Part shown: positions 1 to 9,365 of the stretch, piece by piece | How positions within the stretch are numbered: the first letter of the stretch is position 1 | How the letters are laid out: every line of letters starts with the position of its first letter | Source: Terrimicrobiaceae bacterium | GTDB taxonomy: Bacteria; Verrucomicrobiota; Verrucomicrobiia; Chthoniobacterales; Terrimicrobiaceae | Reading direction: 5' to 3' | NCBI GenBank assembly: GCA_041752695.1 | Contig: JBGSVZ010000070.1 | Coordinates: forward strand, 1 to 64,000 | Length of the DNA: 64,000 nt | Translations under genes and position numbers: made by a program | Notes under the pieces: model-generated | What the model saw: only the letters and a program-made list of their open reading frames with translations | Databases searched by the model: none | Told to the model about the DNA's origin: nothing

Positions 1-1
1 G

Positions 2-796
2 AAGCGCGACGGGCCGGAGCAGCAGCCGCAGGGCAAATGCTGCCAGGCGTTCCAGGGTGCCCGGCCGCGCCGGATGACGGGTCAAATCGGCCAGGATGAA
101 ATCTTCGAAGATCCGCACGGCCACGCCGCGTCCCCAGTCCAGCAACAGTCCGCCCTGGGCAGCCGAACGATACAGGCGGGTGTGACGCCCGACAAAGGTG
201 GCATCGCAAACCACGGCCTCAGTGACTTCGACATCTTCCTCCAAAATAGATTGCGCTCCCAAATACGCCTTCGGTCCGACGCCGCAGCCGGGACCCACCA
301 GCACCTTGGGCCCGATCCAGGCCGGGGCAGTCAGCTTCGCGGTCGGATGAATCACACTGCCCGGAGCCGCCCAGACACCCGGGGCGATCTCCCGGTCGAT
401 CGGCAAGGATGCGGCATGGCGCAGGGTCGTTGCCGCATCGTGCAGCGCGAACCAGCGTTCGAGAAGCGCCGCGCCATTTTCGACCGGTCCGGTACTGGCA
501 CTGCCCGGCAGGGAGTCCATCAGGCGACCGTCCGCGGGAACGTCGTCTCCGGTCGAAAGCTCAATTTTTTTCGACCAGTAGTTCCCCTGGTCCAGCCAGG
601 CCCGGATGAGGTGCGGGCGGTCGGGGGCATGAATGAGGACGATGTCCGGATTTTCGTGCAGGGCGAGGTCGAGCCAGTATCCCAGAATCGGTTTGCCGCA
701 GACCGGCCAGAGAACGAAAGGAAGGGGATTTTTCCAGAGGGTATCGAGCCCGCTCCAGTCCGGCGCGATCAGGGTGAAACGGCGTGGCGGGTTCAA
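2..796 (-). CDS. NDP-sugar pyrophosphorylase-like protein with left-handed beta-helix repeats (3' end outside window; not in ORF track)
   Basis: Hand translation from TTG at 796 (TTGA overlap with upstream stop): MNPPRRFTLIAPDWSGLDTLWKNPLPFVLWPVCGKPILGYWLDLAL..., then hexapeptide-like repeats WIGPKVLVGPGCGVGPKAYLGAQSILEEDVEV. The frame stays open to the window edge. Confidence 0.7.
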   Translation of the reverse strand, partial: MNPPRRFTLIAPDWSGLDTLWKNPLPFVLWPVCGKPILGYWLDLALHENPDIVLIHAPDRPHLIRAWLDQGNYWSKKIELSTGDDVPADGRLMDSLPGSASTGPVENGAALLERWFALHDAATTLRHAASLPIDREIAPGVWAAPGSVIHPTAKLTAPAWIGPKVLVGPGCGVGPKAYLGAQSILEEDVEVTEAVVCDATFVGRHTRLYRSAAQGGLLLDWGRGVAVRIFEDFILADLTRHPARPGTLERLAAFALRLLLRPVAL

Positions 797-1509
797 TAGG
801 CTCCTTTCCCCAGCACTACGGCGGGGACGGTGCGGGCGAGCAGGCTGAGATCCGTCCACAGGCTGCTGGAGCGGATGTATTCGAGATCGAGGCGGACCTG
901 ACCCTGGAAATCGATGTTGCTGCGTCCGCTCACCTGCCAGACACAAGTGATGCCTGGCTTGGCGAGAAGGCGCTGACGTTCCTCGGGCTGGTACTCGGCG
1001 ACCTCGCGGGGCAGGGACGGGCGCGGTCCCACCACCGACATGTCGCCAACAAAAACGTTCCAGAACTGGGGAAGTTCATCGATGGAGTATTTCCGGATGA
1101 AACGTCCCACCCGGGTAACACGCGGATCGTGTTTCATCTTAAAAGTCACGCCGCCCTGCATTTCATTCTGGGCTTCGAGCTTGCGCCGGATTTCCTCCGC
1201 GTTCGTGACCATCGAGCGGAATTTCCACATGCCAAAAAGGCACCCGCGGTAGCCCACGCGCTGTTGTTGAAAAAAGATCGGCCCGCCGTCTTCGATTTTG
1301 ATCAGGAGTGCCGTGAGGAGAAAAATCGGGCTGCCAAGCAGCAGGGCGGAAAGCGACACCGCCAGGTCCAGGACGCGCTTGAGTCCGTAAGAAAACAAAA
1401 GAGTGGCCCGCCAGCCGACCCGTTTGAGGCGTCCCCTCCATGCAGCTCTCAGCCTGCCACCTCGGGTCGAGGTGGAGATCCAGTAATCGATGCGTTTTTT
1501 GTCACTCAT
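793..1509 (-). CDS. Bacterial sugar transferase (priming polyprenyl glycosylphosphotransferase, WcaJ/WbaP C-terminal family)
   Basis: Motifs LKRVLDL, GPIFFQQQRVG, KFRSM, DPRVTRVGRFIRKYSIDELPQFWNVFVGDMSVVGPRP, KPGITC. Start set at ATG 1509 (ATGA overlap with GT4 stop). Confidence 0.95.
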   Translation of the reverse strand: MSDKKRIDYWISTSTRGGRLRAAWRGRLKRVGWRATLLFSYGLKRVLDLAVSLSALLLGSPIFLLTALLIKIEDGGPIFFQQQRVGYRGCLFGMWKFRSMVTNAEEIRRKLEAQNEMQGGVTFKMKHDPRVTRVGRFIRKYSIDELPQFWNVFVGDMSVVGPRPSLPREVAEYQPEERQRLLAKPGITCVWQVSGRSNIDFQGQVRLDLEYIRSSSLWTDLSLLARTVPAVVLGKGAY

Positions 1510-2687
1510 GCTGTGGTGGGAGCGGGAGCAGAGACCGACAAAAGATAGTGTTCCAGATTTTCCACGTAGGCGTCGAAAGAAAACCGCTCGAGGCTCATTT
1601 TTCGTCCGTTTTCTCCCAGCTTTTGCGCTTCGTCCGGGGCGTCGAGCAGGCGTTGGATGGCGGCCGCCAACCGGGTCCGGTCTCCCCACGGCACCAGTAG
1701 GCCGTTGTGGTCGTCTTCAAGCCAGTCCGGCACGCCGCCCACGTCGAAGGCCACTACCGGCTTGCCGCGTCGCATCGCCTCCACCCCCACGAGGCCAAAA
1801 GGTTCGGGCCACATCGAGGGAAAAACCACCATCTGCGCCTGTGCAAAAAGCCGGTTGACCTGATCCGGCGCGAGGTGGCCATGGAAGGTCACGCGTTGAT
1901 CCAGGCCGCGGGCGCTGACCATTTTGCGCAGCGTGGCCCCGGCCGTTCCTTCCCCGGCAATGTCGAGGTGCCAAGCTCCCCGGAGGCGGGGCAGAGTTTT
2001 CACCAGCACATCGACCCCCTTGCCGCGGATCAGTTGCCCAACAAAAAGCAGTCGGCCCGGCTCCGAGGCAGCCGGGGTTTGCCCACCTTCCGGCGAGACC
2101 GGGGGCAGAATCGTCAGGGCCGATTCTGTGAAGCCGTTTTGCAAACATTCCCGCCGCATCGCCTGGGATGCCACCACCACGTGGCGCAGAAGGCCGTTGG
2201 CGGCGATCTCGGCAAACTTTTTGCGCAGGCTCCCCGGATCCACCACGGGAAATTTCCCTGCACCCCGCCGGACGATGGCCGCACAGGGAAAGATGCAGGC
2301 GAACGATGCCGGTCGCTGACAGATCCGGCGGGTGAGCGGATGGTATTTGTACGTCCGCAAACAATATGTGGTGTGGTCGTGGAGCATGCGCGCGACCGGC
2401 ACCGGTCCGGCCACCAGTTCGGGAAAGAGTTCGTAGTCCGGCCAGTTATGAATCCAAATGACGTCCGGGCGCAGGCGCTGGAGGGCGGCGGAAGTGTCGG
2501 ACGTTCCCTGCACGAGGGTGGCGGAAGAAAAGGCCTCCGCCCAGGCTTCCTCACTGCGCCCCGTGCCGCCGCGATGCAGGAGATGGTTTTCATGGCCGCG
2601 GTTGCGGAGAGCGCGGGCCGAGGCAAGGACATTGGATTCCGCGCCGCCCCAAGAGCCCAATTTCTCATGGAGCCAGGCAATCTTCAC
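1506..2687 (-). CDS. Glycosyltransferase family 4 (GT-B)
   Basis: GGAE N-terminal motif, LLFVGQLIRGKG, EPFGLVGVEAM (E-X7-E), DVGGVPDW. GTG start at 2687 with a GGGAG RBS. Confidence 0.93.
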   Translation of the reverse strand: MKIAWLHEKLGSWGGAESNVLASARALRNRGHENHLLHRGGTGRSEEAWAEAFSSATLVQGTSDTSAALQRLRPDVIWIHNWPDYELFPELVAGPVPVARMLHDHTTYCLRTYKYHPLTRRICQRPASFACIFPCAAIVRRGAGKFPVVDPGSLRKKFAEIAANGLLRHVVVASQAMRRECLQNGFTESALTILPPVSPEGGQTPAASEPGRLLFVGQLIRGKGVDVLVKTLPRLRGAWHLDIAGEGTAGATLRKMVSARGLDQRVTFHGHLAPDQVNRLFAQAQMVVFPSMWPEPFGLVGVEAMRRGKPVVAFDVGGVPDWLEDDHNGLLVPWGDRTRLAAAIQRLLDAPDEAQKLGENGRKMSLERFSFDAYVENLEHYLLSVSAPAPTTA

Positions 2688-2746
2688 AGTCTCCCTGCCT
2701 TTCCCATTGATAAGTTCCTCGGCATCGCTCAGGCTGCCGCCAGTAT

Positions 2747-3058
2747 ATGGAGCCCGTCTTTTCTGCACAAGTCGAAGGAACGGTCATTACGATTGCTCTG
2801 CTCCGCCCGAGATTCGATGCCGCGGCGGCCGCCCGCTTTAAGGCCCAGCTCGCCGAAACCTGGCCCGCGGGCCTGACGGCGGCTTCGGTGAACATGTCGG
2901 TCGTGGACTTTATCGACAGTTCCGGAGTGGGAGCGCTTCTCGGGGTTTACCGGCGTTTTCCAGACGGTGCCATGGTCACGTTGCGGGCGTTGCAGCCACA
3001 GGTTCTTTCCGTCATCGAATTGCTCCGGCTGCACCGGATCTTCCAGATTCAAGAATGA
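2747..3058 (+). CDS. STAS-domain anti-sigma-factor antagonist
   Basis: 103 aa; VDFIDSSGVGAL matches the SpoIIAA/RsbV phosphoacceptor-Ser motif; C-terminal VIELLRLHRIF. Confidence 0.92.
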   Translation: MEPVFSAQVEGTVITIALLRPRFDAAAAARFKAQLAETWPAGLTAASVNMSVVDFIDSSGVGALLGVYRRFPDGAMVTLRALQPQVLSVIELLRLHRIFQIQE

Positions 3059-4182
3059 GCGGACGCTGGGAAAACCAGCGCTTTTTTCCGGAGGCCGCTG
3101 ATGGCGTCCGGACGATGCTTACGGACTACCTCGACGACCTCCGGCAGTCGGCGGAATCACTGCCCGATCTGGAGGCGCTCATTCTTGGAGGTGGTTACGG
3201 GCGGGGCGAAGGCGGTTTGCTAAGGACAGAGGCTGGACCCGCCTTGTTTAATGATCTGGAATTTTATCTCCTCCTGCGTCGAGCGCGCGGCGGGGAATCC
3301 GCCTGGATCCGGAAAGAGTCCGCCGCGGGCCACCTCCGGACCGGCATCGAGGTGGAGTTTAAAGCCATGACCGTGCGCAGCCTCGCGCAAGCCCGACCCA
3401 GCATGTTTTATTACGATCTGCTCTCCGCCAATGTGGTCGTCGCGGGGAATGGAGAATGCCTGAACGGGCTTCCCGCGGCCTTGCGCGAGGCGGGGGCCAT
3501 TCCGCCGGACGAGGCGGCCAGACTCCTGATGAACCGCGGGTGCAGCCTCCTGCGCTGCACGAGAATGGCGGAAGGGGAGAGAGATGCCCCGGAAGGTTTT
3601 CTGGAACGCATAACCGCCAAGGCAAAGCTCGCTCTGGGGGATGCCTGGCTCTGCGCGCACGGCCAATACCACTGGTCCTGCCTCGAACGGCATCGCCGTC
3701 TCGCTTCATTGTCCGGTCTGCCGCCGCTCCTTCCGTTGCTGACCTGGCACGAGGAGGCGGTGGACTTTAAGTTTCACCCGCAGTTGGGCTCCCGCCCGTC
3801 GGCCTCTTGGGGGCCGGACCTGGCCGATCTGCGCGCGGCCTGGCGGGACGTTTTCCTGGCCTTGGAAAGCCGACGCCTGGGAGTTCGGTTTGGCTGTCCC
3901 GCCGATTATGCGGCCTGGACCAATCCGGTTTTGACCGATGTTTCGGCCTGGGCGGGAGGACTCCGCAGGGCTCGTCTGGCGGTTCAATCCCGAAAGCTCC
4001 CCCCGCGTCCCTGGCTGCGGCATCCTCGCGAAGCGGTGCTGCGCGCCCTGGTTTTGCTGATCGATCCGGATCGTTCGCCGACCGGCACTGCCGCCGCCGC
4101 CCGCCTGTTGGGTCTTCCGGAAAGTGCCCCGCCGGTCGAAGTGGAGGAAGCCTGCCGGGTGCTGTGGCTCAAGGTCCCCTGA
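3055..4182 (+). CDS. Pol-beta-fold nucleotidyltransferase-like protein of unknown function
   Basis: LILGGGYGRGEG...NDLEFYLL...IEVEF fits hG[GS]-x(n)-Dh[DE]h plus a third acidic strand. ATGA overlap with the STAS gene. Confidence 0.65.
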   Translation: MSGRWENQRFFPEAADGVRTMLTDYLDDLRQSAESLPDLEALILGGGYGRGEGGLLRTEAGPALFNDLEFYLLLRRARGGESAWIRKESAAGHLRTGIEVEFKAMTVRSLAQARPSMFYYDLLSANVVVAGNGECLNGLPAALREAGAIPPDEAARLLMNRGCSLLRCTRMAEGERDAPEGFLERITAKAKLALGDAWLCAHGQYHWSCLERHRRLASLSGLPPLLPLLTWHEEAVDFKFHPQLGSRPSASWGPDLADLRAAWRDVFLALESRRLGVRFGCPADYAAWTNPVLTDVSAWAGGLRRARLAVQSRKLPPRPWLRHPREAVLRALVLLIDPDRSPTGTAAAARLLGLPESAPPVEVEEACRVLWLKVP

Positions 4183-4183
4183 A

Positions 4184-5260
4184 ATGAAAATCTCCCTCGG
4201 TATTCTGGCGTGGAATGAAGAGAATTCCATCGGCGCGATGATCGACTCCCTCGCCACCCAGAGCCTCCTGGCGAGGGCCGGAGCGGGCGAGTTCGACTTG
4301 GAAATTTACGTGGTGCCGAACGGCTGCACCGATGGCACCGCACGGGTCGCCGGCGCCGCCCTCGCCACGCTGCAAGGGCGGCACCCTGCCGTTCAGACCG
4401 CCACGCGGGAGCTCACCACTCCCGGCAAGGCCAACGCCTGGAACGAATTTGTGCACCGGTTTTCCGATCCGGCGAGCGAGTTTTTGATTTTCCTCGACGC
4501 CGACATTCGCCTCCTGGGCGATGACACTTTGCTTCATCTCGTCCGGACTTTGCAGGAGCATCCCAGCGTGCAGATTAGCACCGACCGTCCGGTCAAACAT
4601 GTCGCCCTCAAGGAAAGGAAGTCGCTGCTGGATCGGTTCCTTTTGCGGGTGGGAGGCATGACCGATTCGGCCCCCGGTCAACTGACCGGACAGTTGTATT
4701 GCGCGCGCGCGGCCACCCTCCGGCGGATTGTTTTACCTCGTGGACTCATTGTGGAGGACGGTTTTCTCAAGCAGATGATCTGCACCGATGGGTATCGTCA
4801 GCCGGTGGACAATGGCCTCATCCGGCGGGCCTCCGACGCCGCGCATGTCTTTGAATGTTACACCCGGCCGGCCGATGTCTTTCATCACCAAGTCCGGCAG
4901 GCGGTCGGGCAGACGATTTATTCCTACTTGCGCGACGACCTGCGAAAGTGCGGCCAACCGGTCTGGGACGAGTTGAGCCGGCGCACGGCCGCCGACCCGG
5001 ATTGGCTTCTCCAGTTGGTTCGCGCCGAAGTCGCCCGAAGGGGATGGTGGGTGATGGACACGGCGGCGTTGTCGATGCGCTGGCGGAGAATCCGTTTTGC
5101 CAAGCGGCCCACCCAGAAGCTCGTTTTCACGCTGGTCGCGCTAGCCGCGCTGGTGGTCGATCTGCCGGTTTTCCTGGTGGGAAACGCCCGGCTGCGGGGC
5201 GGACGCATCAAGGGAATCTGGAAAGACACCTCGAACCGCGAACTCAACGGCGCTTCCTGA
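4184..5260 (+). CDS. Glycosyltransferase family 2 (GT-A)
   Basis: MKISLGILAWNEE, VVPNGCTDGT, GKANAWN, IFLDAD (DxD), ED motif, C-terminal hydrophobic segment. Start moved to ATG 4184. Confidence 0.9.
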   Translation: MKISLGILAWNEENSIGAMIDSLATQSLLARAGAGEFDLEIYVVPNGCTDGTARVAGAALATLQGRHPAVQTATRELTTPGKANAWNEFVHRFSDPASEFLIFLDADIRLLGDDTLLHLVRTLQEHPSVQISTDRPVKHVALKERKSLLDRFLLRVGGMTDSAPGQLTGQLYCARAATLRRIVLPRGLIVEDGFLKQMICTDGYRQPVDNGLIRRASDAAHVFECYTRPADVFHHQVRQAVGQTIYSYLRDDLRKCGQPVWDELSRRTAADPDWLLQLVRAEVARRGWWVMDTAALSMRWRRIRFAKRPTQKLVFTLVALAALVVDLPVFLVGNARLRGGRIKGIWKDTSNRELNGAS

Positions 5261-8200
5261 GCTGCCGATGGGCTTCGCCGAGTGCCGTGCCCAGGCGCTG
5301 GGCCGTGATCGGCTTGGAGAGGTAGAGGTCAAATCCCGCCCGGAGGCAGGCTTCCCGGTCATCCTGGAAAGCATTGGCCGTAAGCGCCACCAGGAACGGA
5401 CGGTCTTTCCCGGAAGGGGCCTCGCAGATTTTCCGGGCCGCCGTGAGGCCATCCATCACCGGCATCTGGACATCCAGAATGGCCACGTCGAACGCGGTCT
5501 TCCGGCTGGCCTCGACCGCCTCCCGACCGTTCCCCACAAAAACCGCACGACAGCCAAACTTCGCCAGCATCAACTCCAGCATGAGCTGGTTGTTAGTATT
5601 ATCCTCGGCCACGAGAATGGAAAGCTCGGCGACTTCCGGACCGGGCAGAGCTTCGCTCTCCTGCGGCTGCGGCCGGTTTTTCTGGGGATCGAAAATTCCC
5701 GCCAAAGTCCGTCGTAGCACCGTCAGGCGGAGAGGTTTGAGCAGGATGGCGTGAAAAAGATCGACCCGTGCCCGCTCTTCGCCGAGCGCCGAACCAAAAA
5801 GGATGAGCGGCAGGTTCGCGGTGGACGGTTGCTTGCGCAGCGTCTCCGCCAACGTGATGCCATCCATTCCGGGCATGTTAAAATCCAGAATGGCCACGTC
5901 AAATCGCAGATCCCCGGCGAGGATCTCCAGGGCTTCCCTCGGTGAACTGGCGGCCACCACCTCCAGCCCCCAGTGCCCGGCGACGGCGAGGAGGAGGTTG
6001 CGGTTGGTCTCGACATCGTCCACCACCAGCATGCGCCGGCCGCGGATGATGCTGATATCGGCCTCGTTCGAGTCCGGCTCGGGGTCCGGTGCTTCGGTCA
6101 ACGTCAGGTCAAAGCTGAATTCCGAGCCCTTGCCCACCTCACTCGTGACGCAGATTTTTCCTCCCATCGCCTCCACCAGCCGGCGGGAAATGGCAAGGCC
6201 CAGACCGGTCCCTCCATACGTCCGGGTGATGGAAGCGTCCGCCTGGGAGAATGGCGTGAAAAGCCGCTGAATGGCCTCTTCCGGAATGCCGATGCCCGTG
6301 TCGCGCACGGTCACCCGGAGGTGCCACTCGGACTCCTGGCGGTCGAGCGTTTCGATATTCAAAACAATTTCCCCGTGTTCGGTAAACTTCACGGCGTTGG
6401 CCAGCAGATTGAGGAGAATCTGTTTAAAGCGGACGCGGTCCCCCAGAAAATGAGAGGGCAGAGAAGGGTCCACGTAATATGAAAGTTCCAGCCCCTGATC
6501 GACCGCGGAGTGGGCAAGGATTTCCATCGGCTCCAGCACCGCTTCGCGGAACTCGAAGGGAGCGAGGTCGAGTTCGACCCGGCCGCTTTCAATTTTACTG
6601 TAATCCAAAATCCCGCTGATGAGTTCAAGCAGGGTTTCGCTGGCCCCCACCACCGTTCGGGCAAAGTCCCTTTGTTGATCGGTGAGGGAAGATTCCAGGA
6701 GCAGGGAAGACATACCCACCACGGCGTTGAGGGGCGTCCGGATTTCGTGACTCATCGCGGCCAGAAATGTGCTCTTCGCCCGGTTGGCCGCCTCGGCGGC
6801 GTGGGCGGCTTCGTTTGCCACCTGGCGCGCGTTTTTCAGTTCATCCTCTTCGGCTTGCAGCGCAAGACGCAGGCCGATCTCCGTGGCAGCGGAACGCAAG
6901 AGCGCCATGGCAGGGCGTTTGATCAGAAACGACCCCGACTGCCGGATGAAATACAGCACGCCCCAGCAGGTACCCAGCACTCGAATGGGCACGATGATCA
7001 GGGAACGGCCCCGCCCCTGATCTTTCGCTCGGGCAGAAAACCAACTGTCCTCCGTGACCACGTCTCCCCCCGACAGGACGCGAAACCACTCCGGGGAGAT
7101 CTCCAAGGCCAACTCAGCACGAGGCTCCGCCGCGGGGAGCCAATCCGCAATAGGCTCGGTCCCCGGCTGGCCCGGCTCAAGAAATCGCACCACCGAGGCT
7201 CCCTCGGCACCGATGGCGGAGGCGAGAATCCCCAGCGGCTCCGTCCACGAAGCTCCCTCCAGTCGGCTGCGCAGGAGCACTTCGCTCATACGTGCCAGGG
7301 CTTCGAGGACCCGCAGGTTGCGGCGTTCCCGGGTCACGTCCCGGTAGTGCCAAAGAAAACCATAGGCCACTCCGTCGAAGGTGATCGGGACAAAATCCCG
7401 CTGCAGGAATCGCCCGTCGCGGAGTTCGAAAATTTGCCCAGACACCGGTTCCCTCTCGGTGACCAGACGGGAGAGTTCTGCCAGAAATTTCTCTTCGCCG
7501 AGGAAAAGTTGGGAGGCCTGGATCGCCAGCGGCGCGCACTCGAGGCCGATCAGGGAACCGGAGTCAAATGCCTCCATCGGCACTCCGAAAATTTCGCAAA
7601 AATTCCGGTTCACGAGCGCCACCCGTCCCTCCGTATCCTCGACCAGCACGCCGCCGTCCAGGTTTTGAATCAGGGCGTCGAGGCGGGCCTTTTGGGTGGA
7701 CAGGTCCGTAATTGCCGCCTGGAGGCGTTCCCCGTTCCGGGCGATCCGCTCGTCCATCTCCTTGCGCGCGGTGATATCCCGCTGGATGGCCATAAATCCC
7801 TTCAGTTCCCCGTTTTCGCGAAAGATTGGACGCGACTCGATGGCGACCCAATACCGGCGGCCGGACTTGCTGTAGTTTACGATCTCCACGTCAAATCCCT
7901 CGGTCCCGGCAAGGTCGCGACGGATCTGCGCCACCACCGTTGGATCGGTGTCCGGACCTTGCAGGAATGCCCCCGGCTTTTGGCCCACCACGTCTTCGAG
8001 GGCGTAGCCGGTGAGACGGCTGAAACCGTCGTTCACCCATTCAATCTGCCCCGCGGCGTCGGTCAGGACCACCGAGTTGTCCGTCCGGCTCGCCACCAGT
8101 GCGAGTTTGTTGGCATCCGCCTGGCGCTGTTCCAGAAGGAGGTTGGCCTGGCGAAGCTCTGTGCGCTGGCGCTGCAATGTAGCCGCAAGATCCTTGAGTT

Positions 8201-8600
8201 CCGCCACTGCCATCTTGTGCGTTTGGGCGACATGCATCAGATCAATCACCGGGTCGGAGGGCGAGAAATCCGAAATCTTGAGTCCCAGAACTTCAAGGTC
8301 CGCCGGATCCTGGAGCCACGGGGACCCCAGGAAAACAAACCGTCCGTTTTCTTCGGAAAACTGGCCCCGCAAAATCGTTTTGCCGGTGCGAATTTTCAGA
8401 ATCGTCAGGGAATCTTTCGAGGCCCGGATCGAAGCCGCATCCAATTCAGCCGCCTCCCAGGAAAAATACTCCCGTGCCTCGCAGCCCACGGCGATCCCAT
8501 GGGCGAGTAGAGAGAGGGATCGCCCGAAATCCACCACCGCGAGGTGTTCGTCCACCGCAAAAAAGAAGGGGAACGACTGCCGGAGGAGCGCGGAATTCAC
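5244..8600 (-). CDS. Hybrid sensor histidine kinase (HNOBA-PAS-PAS-GAF-like-HisKA-HATPase-REC-REC)
   Basis: N-terminal FPFFFAVD...LRGQF...FLGSPW...LGLKISDF..D (HNOBA-like); PAS WVNDGFSRLTGY; H-box FLAAMSHEIRTPLN; N/G boxes NLLANAVKFT, DTGIG, GGTGLGL; receivers LVVDD..DFNMP and LVAED..DVQMP. Confidence 0.95.
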   Translation of the reverse strand: MNSALLRQSFPFFFAVDEHLAVVDFGRSLSLLAHGIAVGCEAREYFSWEAAELDAASIRASKDSLTILKIRTGKTILRGQFSEENGRFVFLGSPWLQDPADLEVLGLKISDFSPSDPVIDLMHVAQTHKMAVAELKDLAATLQRQRTELRQANLLLEQRQADANKLALVASRTDNSVVLTDAAGQIEWVNDGFSRLTGYALEDVVGQKPGAFLQGPDTDPTVVAQIRRDLAGTEGFDVEIVNYSKSGRRYWVAIESRPIFRENGELKGFMAIQRDITARKEMDERIARNGERLQAAITDLSTQKARLDALIQNLDGGVLVEDTEGRVALVNRNFCEIFGVPMEAFDSGSLIGLECAPLAIQASQLFLGEEKFLAELSRLVTEREPVSGQIFELRDGRFLQRDFVPITFDGVAYGFLWHYRDVTRERRNLRVLEALARMSEVLLRSRLEGASWTEPLGILASAIGAEGASVVRFLEPGQPGTEPIADWLPAAEPRAELALEISPEWFRVLSGGDVVTEDSWFSARAKDQGRGRSLIIVPIRVLGTCWGVLYFIRQSGSFLIKRPAMALLRSAATEIGLRLALQAEEDELKNARQVANEAAHAAEAANRAKSTFLAAMSHEIRTPLNAVVGMSSLLLESSLTDQQRDFARTVVGASETLLELISGILDYSKIESGRVELDLAPFEFREAVLEPMEILAHSAVDQGLELSYYVDPSLPSHFLGDRVRFKQILLNLLANAVKFTEHGEIVLNIETLDRQESEWHLRVTVRDTGIGIPEEAIQRLFTPFSQADASITRTYGGTGLGLAISRRLVEAMGGKICVTSEVGKGSEFSFDLTLTEAPDPEPDSNEADISIIRGRRMLVVDDVETNRNLLLAVAGHWGLEVVAASSPREALEILAGDLRFDVAILDFNMPGMDGITLAETLRKQPSTANLPLILFGSALGEERARVDLFHAILLKPLRLTVLRRTLAGIFDPQKNRPQPQESEALPGPEVAELSILVAEDNTNNQLMLELMLAKFGCRAVFVGNGREAVEASRKTAFDVAILDVQMPVMDGLTAARKICEAPSGKDRPFLVALTANAFQDDREACLRAGFDLYLSKPITAQRLGTALGEAHRQLRKRR

Positions 8601-9178
8601 GGTCCAATCAGTTGCTCAACGGGCGTCGGCATTTTCCACGTGACAAGAAACTGATCATGGGTGGCGCCGGCCTCACCTTTCCGGACGGTCTGCTCCACGG
8701 CCACTTCCGTGTTCAGGCGTTTTCCCAAACCATGCAGCAACCCGATCATAAACGGAGCCAGTCCCGGTCGGTCCGAATGGTAGTGCAGGATGAGCGAATG
8801 ATCGGTCACGTCGGTCGTCTCGAACCTTGGGGGCAGGAGATTCGGAAAAATCAAACGCACCCGGGAATGGAACTGCGGAAGGTTCTGGAGAAACTCCGGC
8901 AGGGTCGAGCCCGTGGTGTCCAGAAGCGCCCCATACCCGCGGCGGGCGGTTTCGAGGATCCAATATTCGCCAAATGCATGAAGAATCGTCTCGGGCGGGA
9001 GATTTAATTCCGCGGAGGCCGCTGCCACGAGGTCGTAAGTGATATGGTCGGGATACCCTTCGTTGCTCAGAAAGACCTCCTCCGTCACCCCGGCTCTTTC
9101 CTTGATCCTCAGCCAGGCCTCGTCACCAAACTGGCTGCGAACCAATCCTTCCACCGCTTTGTTGACCATTCCGTACAT
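8597..9178 (-). CDS. hnoX: H-NOX (heme nitric oxide/oxygen binding) protein
   Basis: MYGMVN start, YPD, FGEYW, proximal His in NLPQFHSRV..FP, YxSxR heme motif (YHSDR). GTGA overlap with the kinase. Confidence 0.95.
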   Translation of the reverse strand: MYGMVNKAVEGLVRSQFGDEAWLRIKERAGVTEEVFLSNEGYPDHITYDLVAAASAELNLPPETILHAFGEYWILETARRGYGALLDTTGSTLPEFLQNLPQFHSRVRLIFPNLLPPRFETTDVTDHSLILHYHSDRPGLAPFMIGLLHGLGKRLNTEVAVEQTVRKGEAGATHDQFLVTWKMPTPVEQLIGP

Positions 9179-9365
9179 AAACTTTCGTGTTTTGGGTGGG
9201 TGTGCCCGAGCCTTTCCCAACGGATCGTAGGGATCGTTGGTTCCCACCGCAATCGGAAAGCAGGGAAGGGAAAGAAAGATCGGCCTTGCCGTCGGCCTGG
9301 GTCACCGCGAGAGTCCCCTGCCGTTCCGGCCCGCCGTTTTCGAGCGGACGGGAAAAGCAACTTAA

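Noticed and set aside
74..799. 241-aa plus-strand ORF at the left edge
   Set aside because: It is the shadow of the minus-strand NDP-sugar pyrophosphorylase-like gene, which has motifs and a coupled start.
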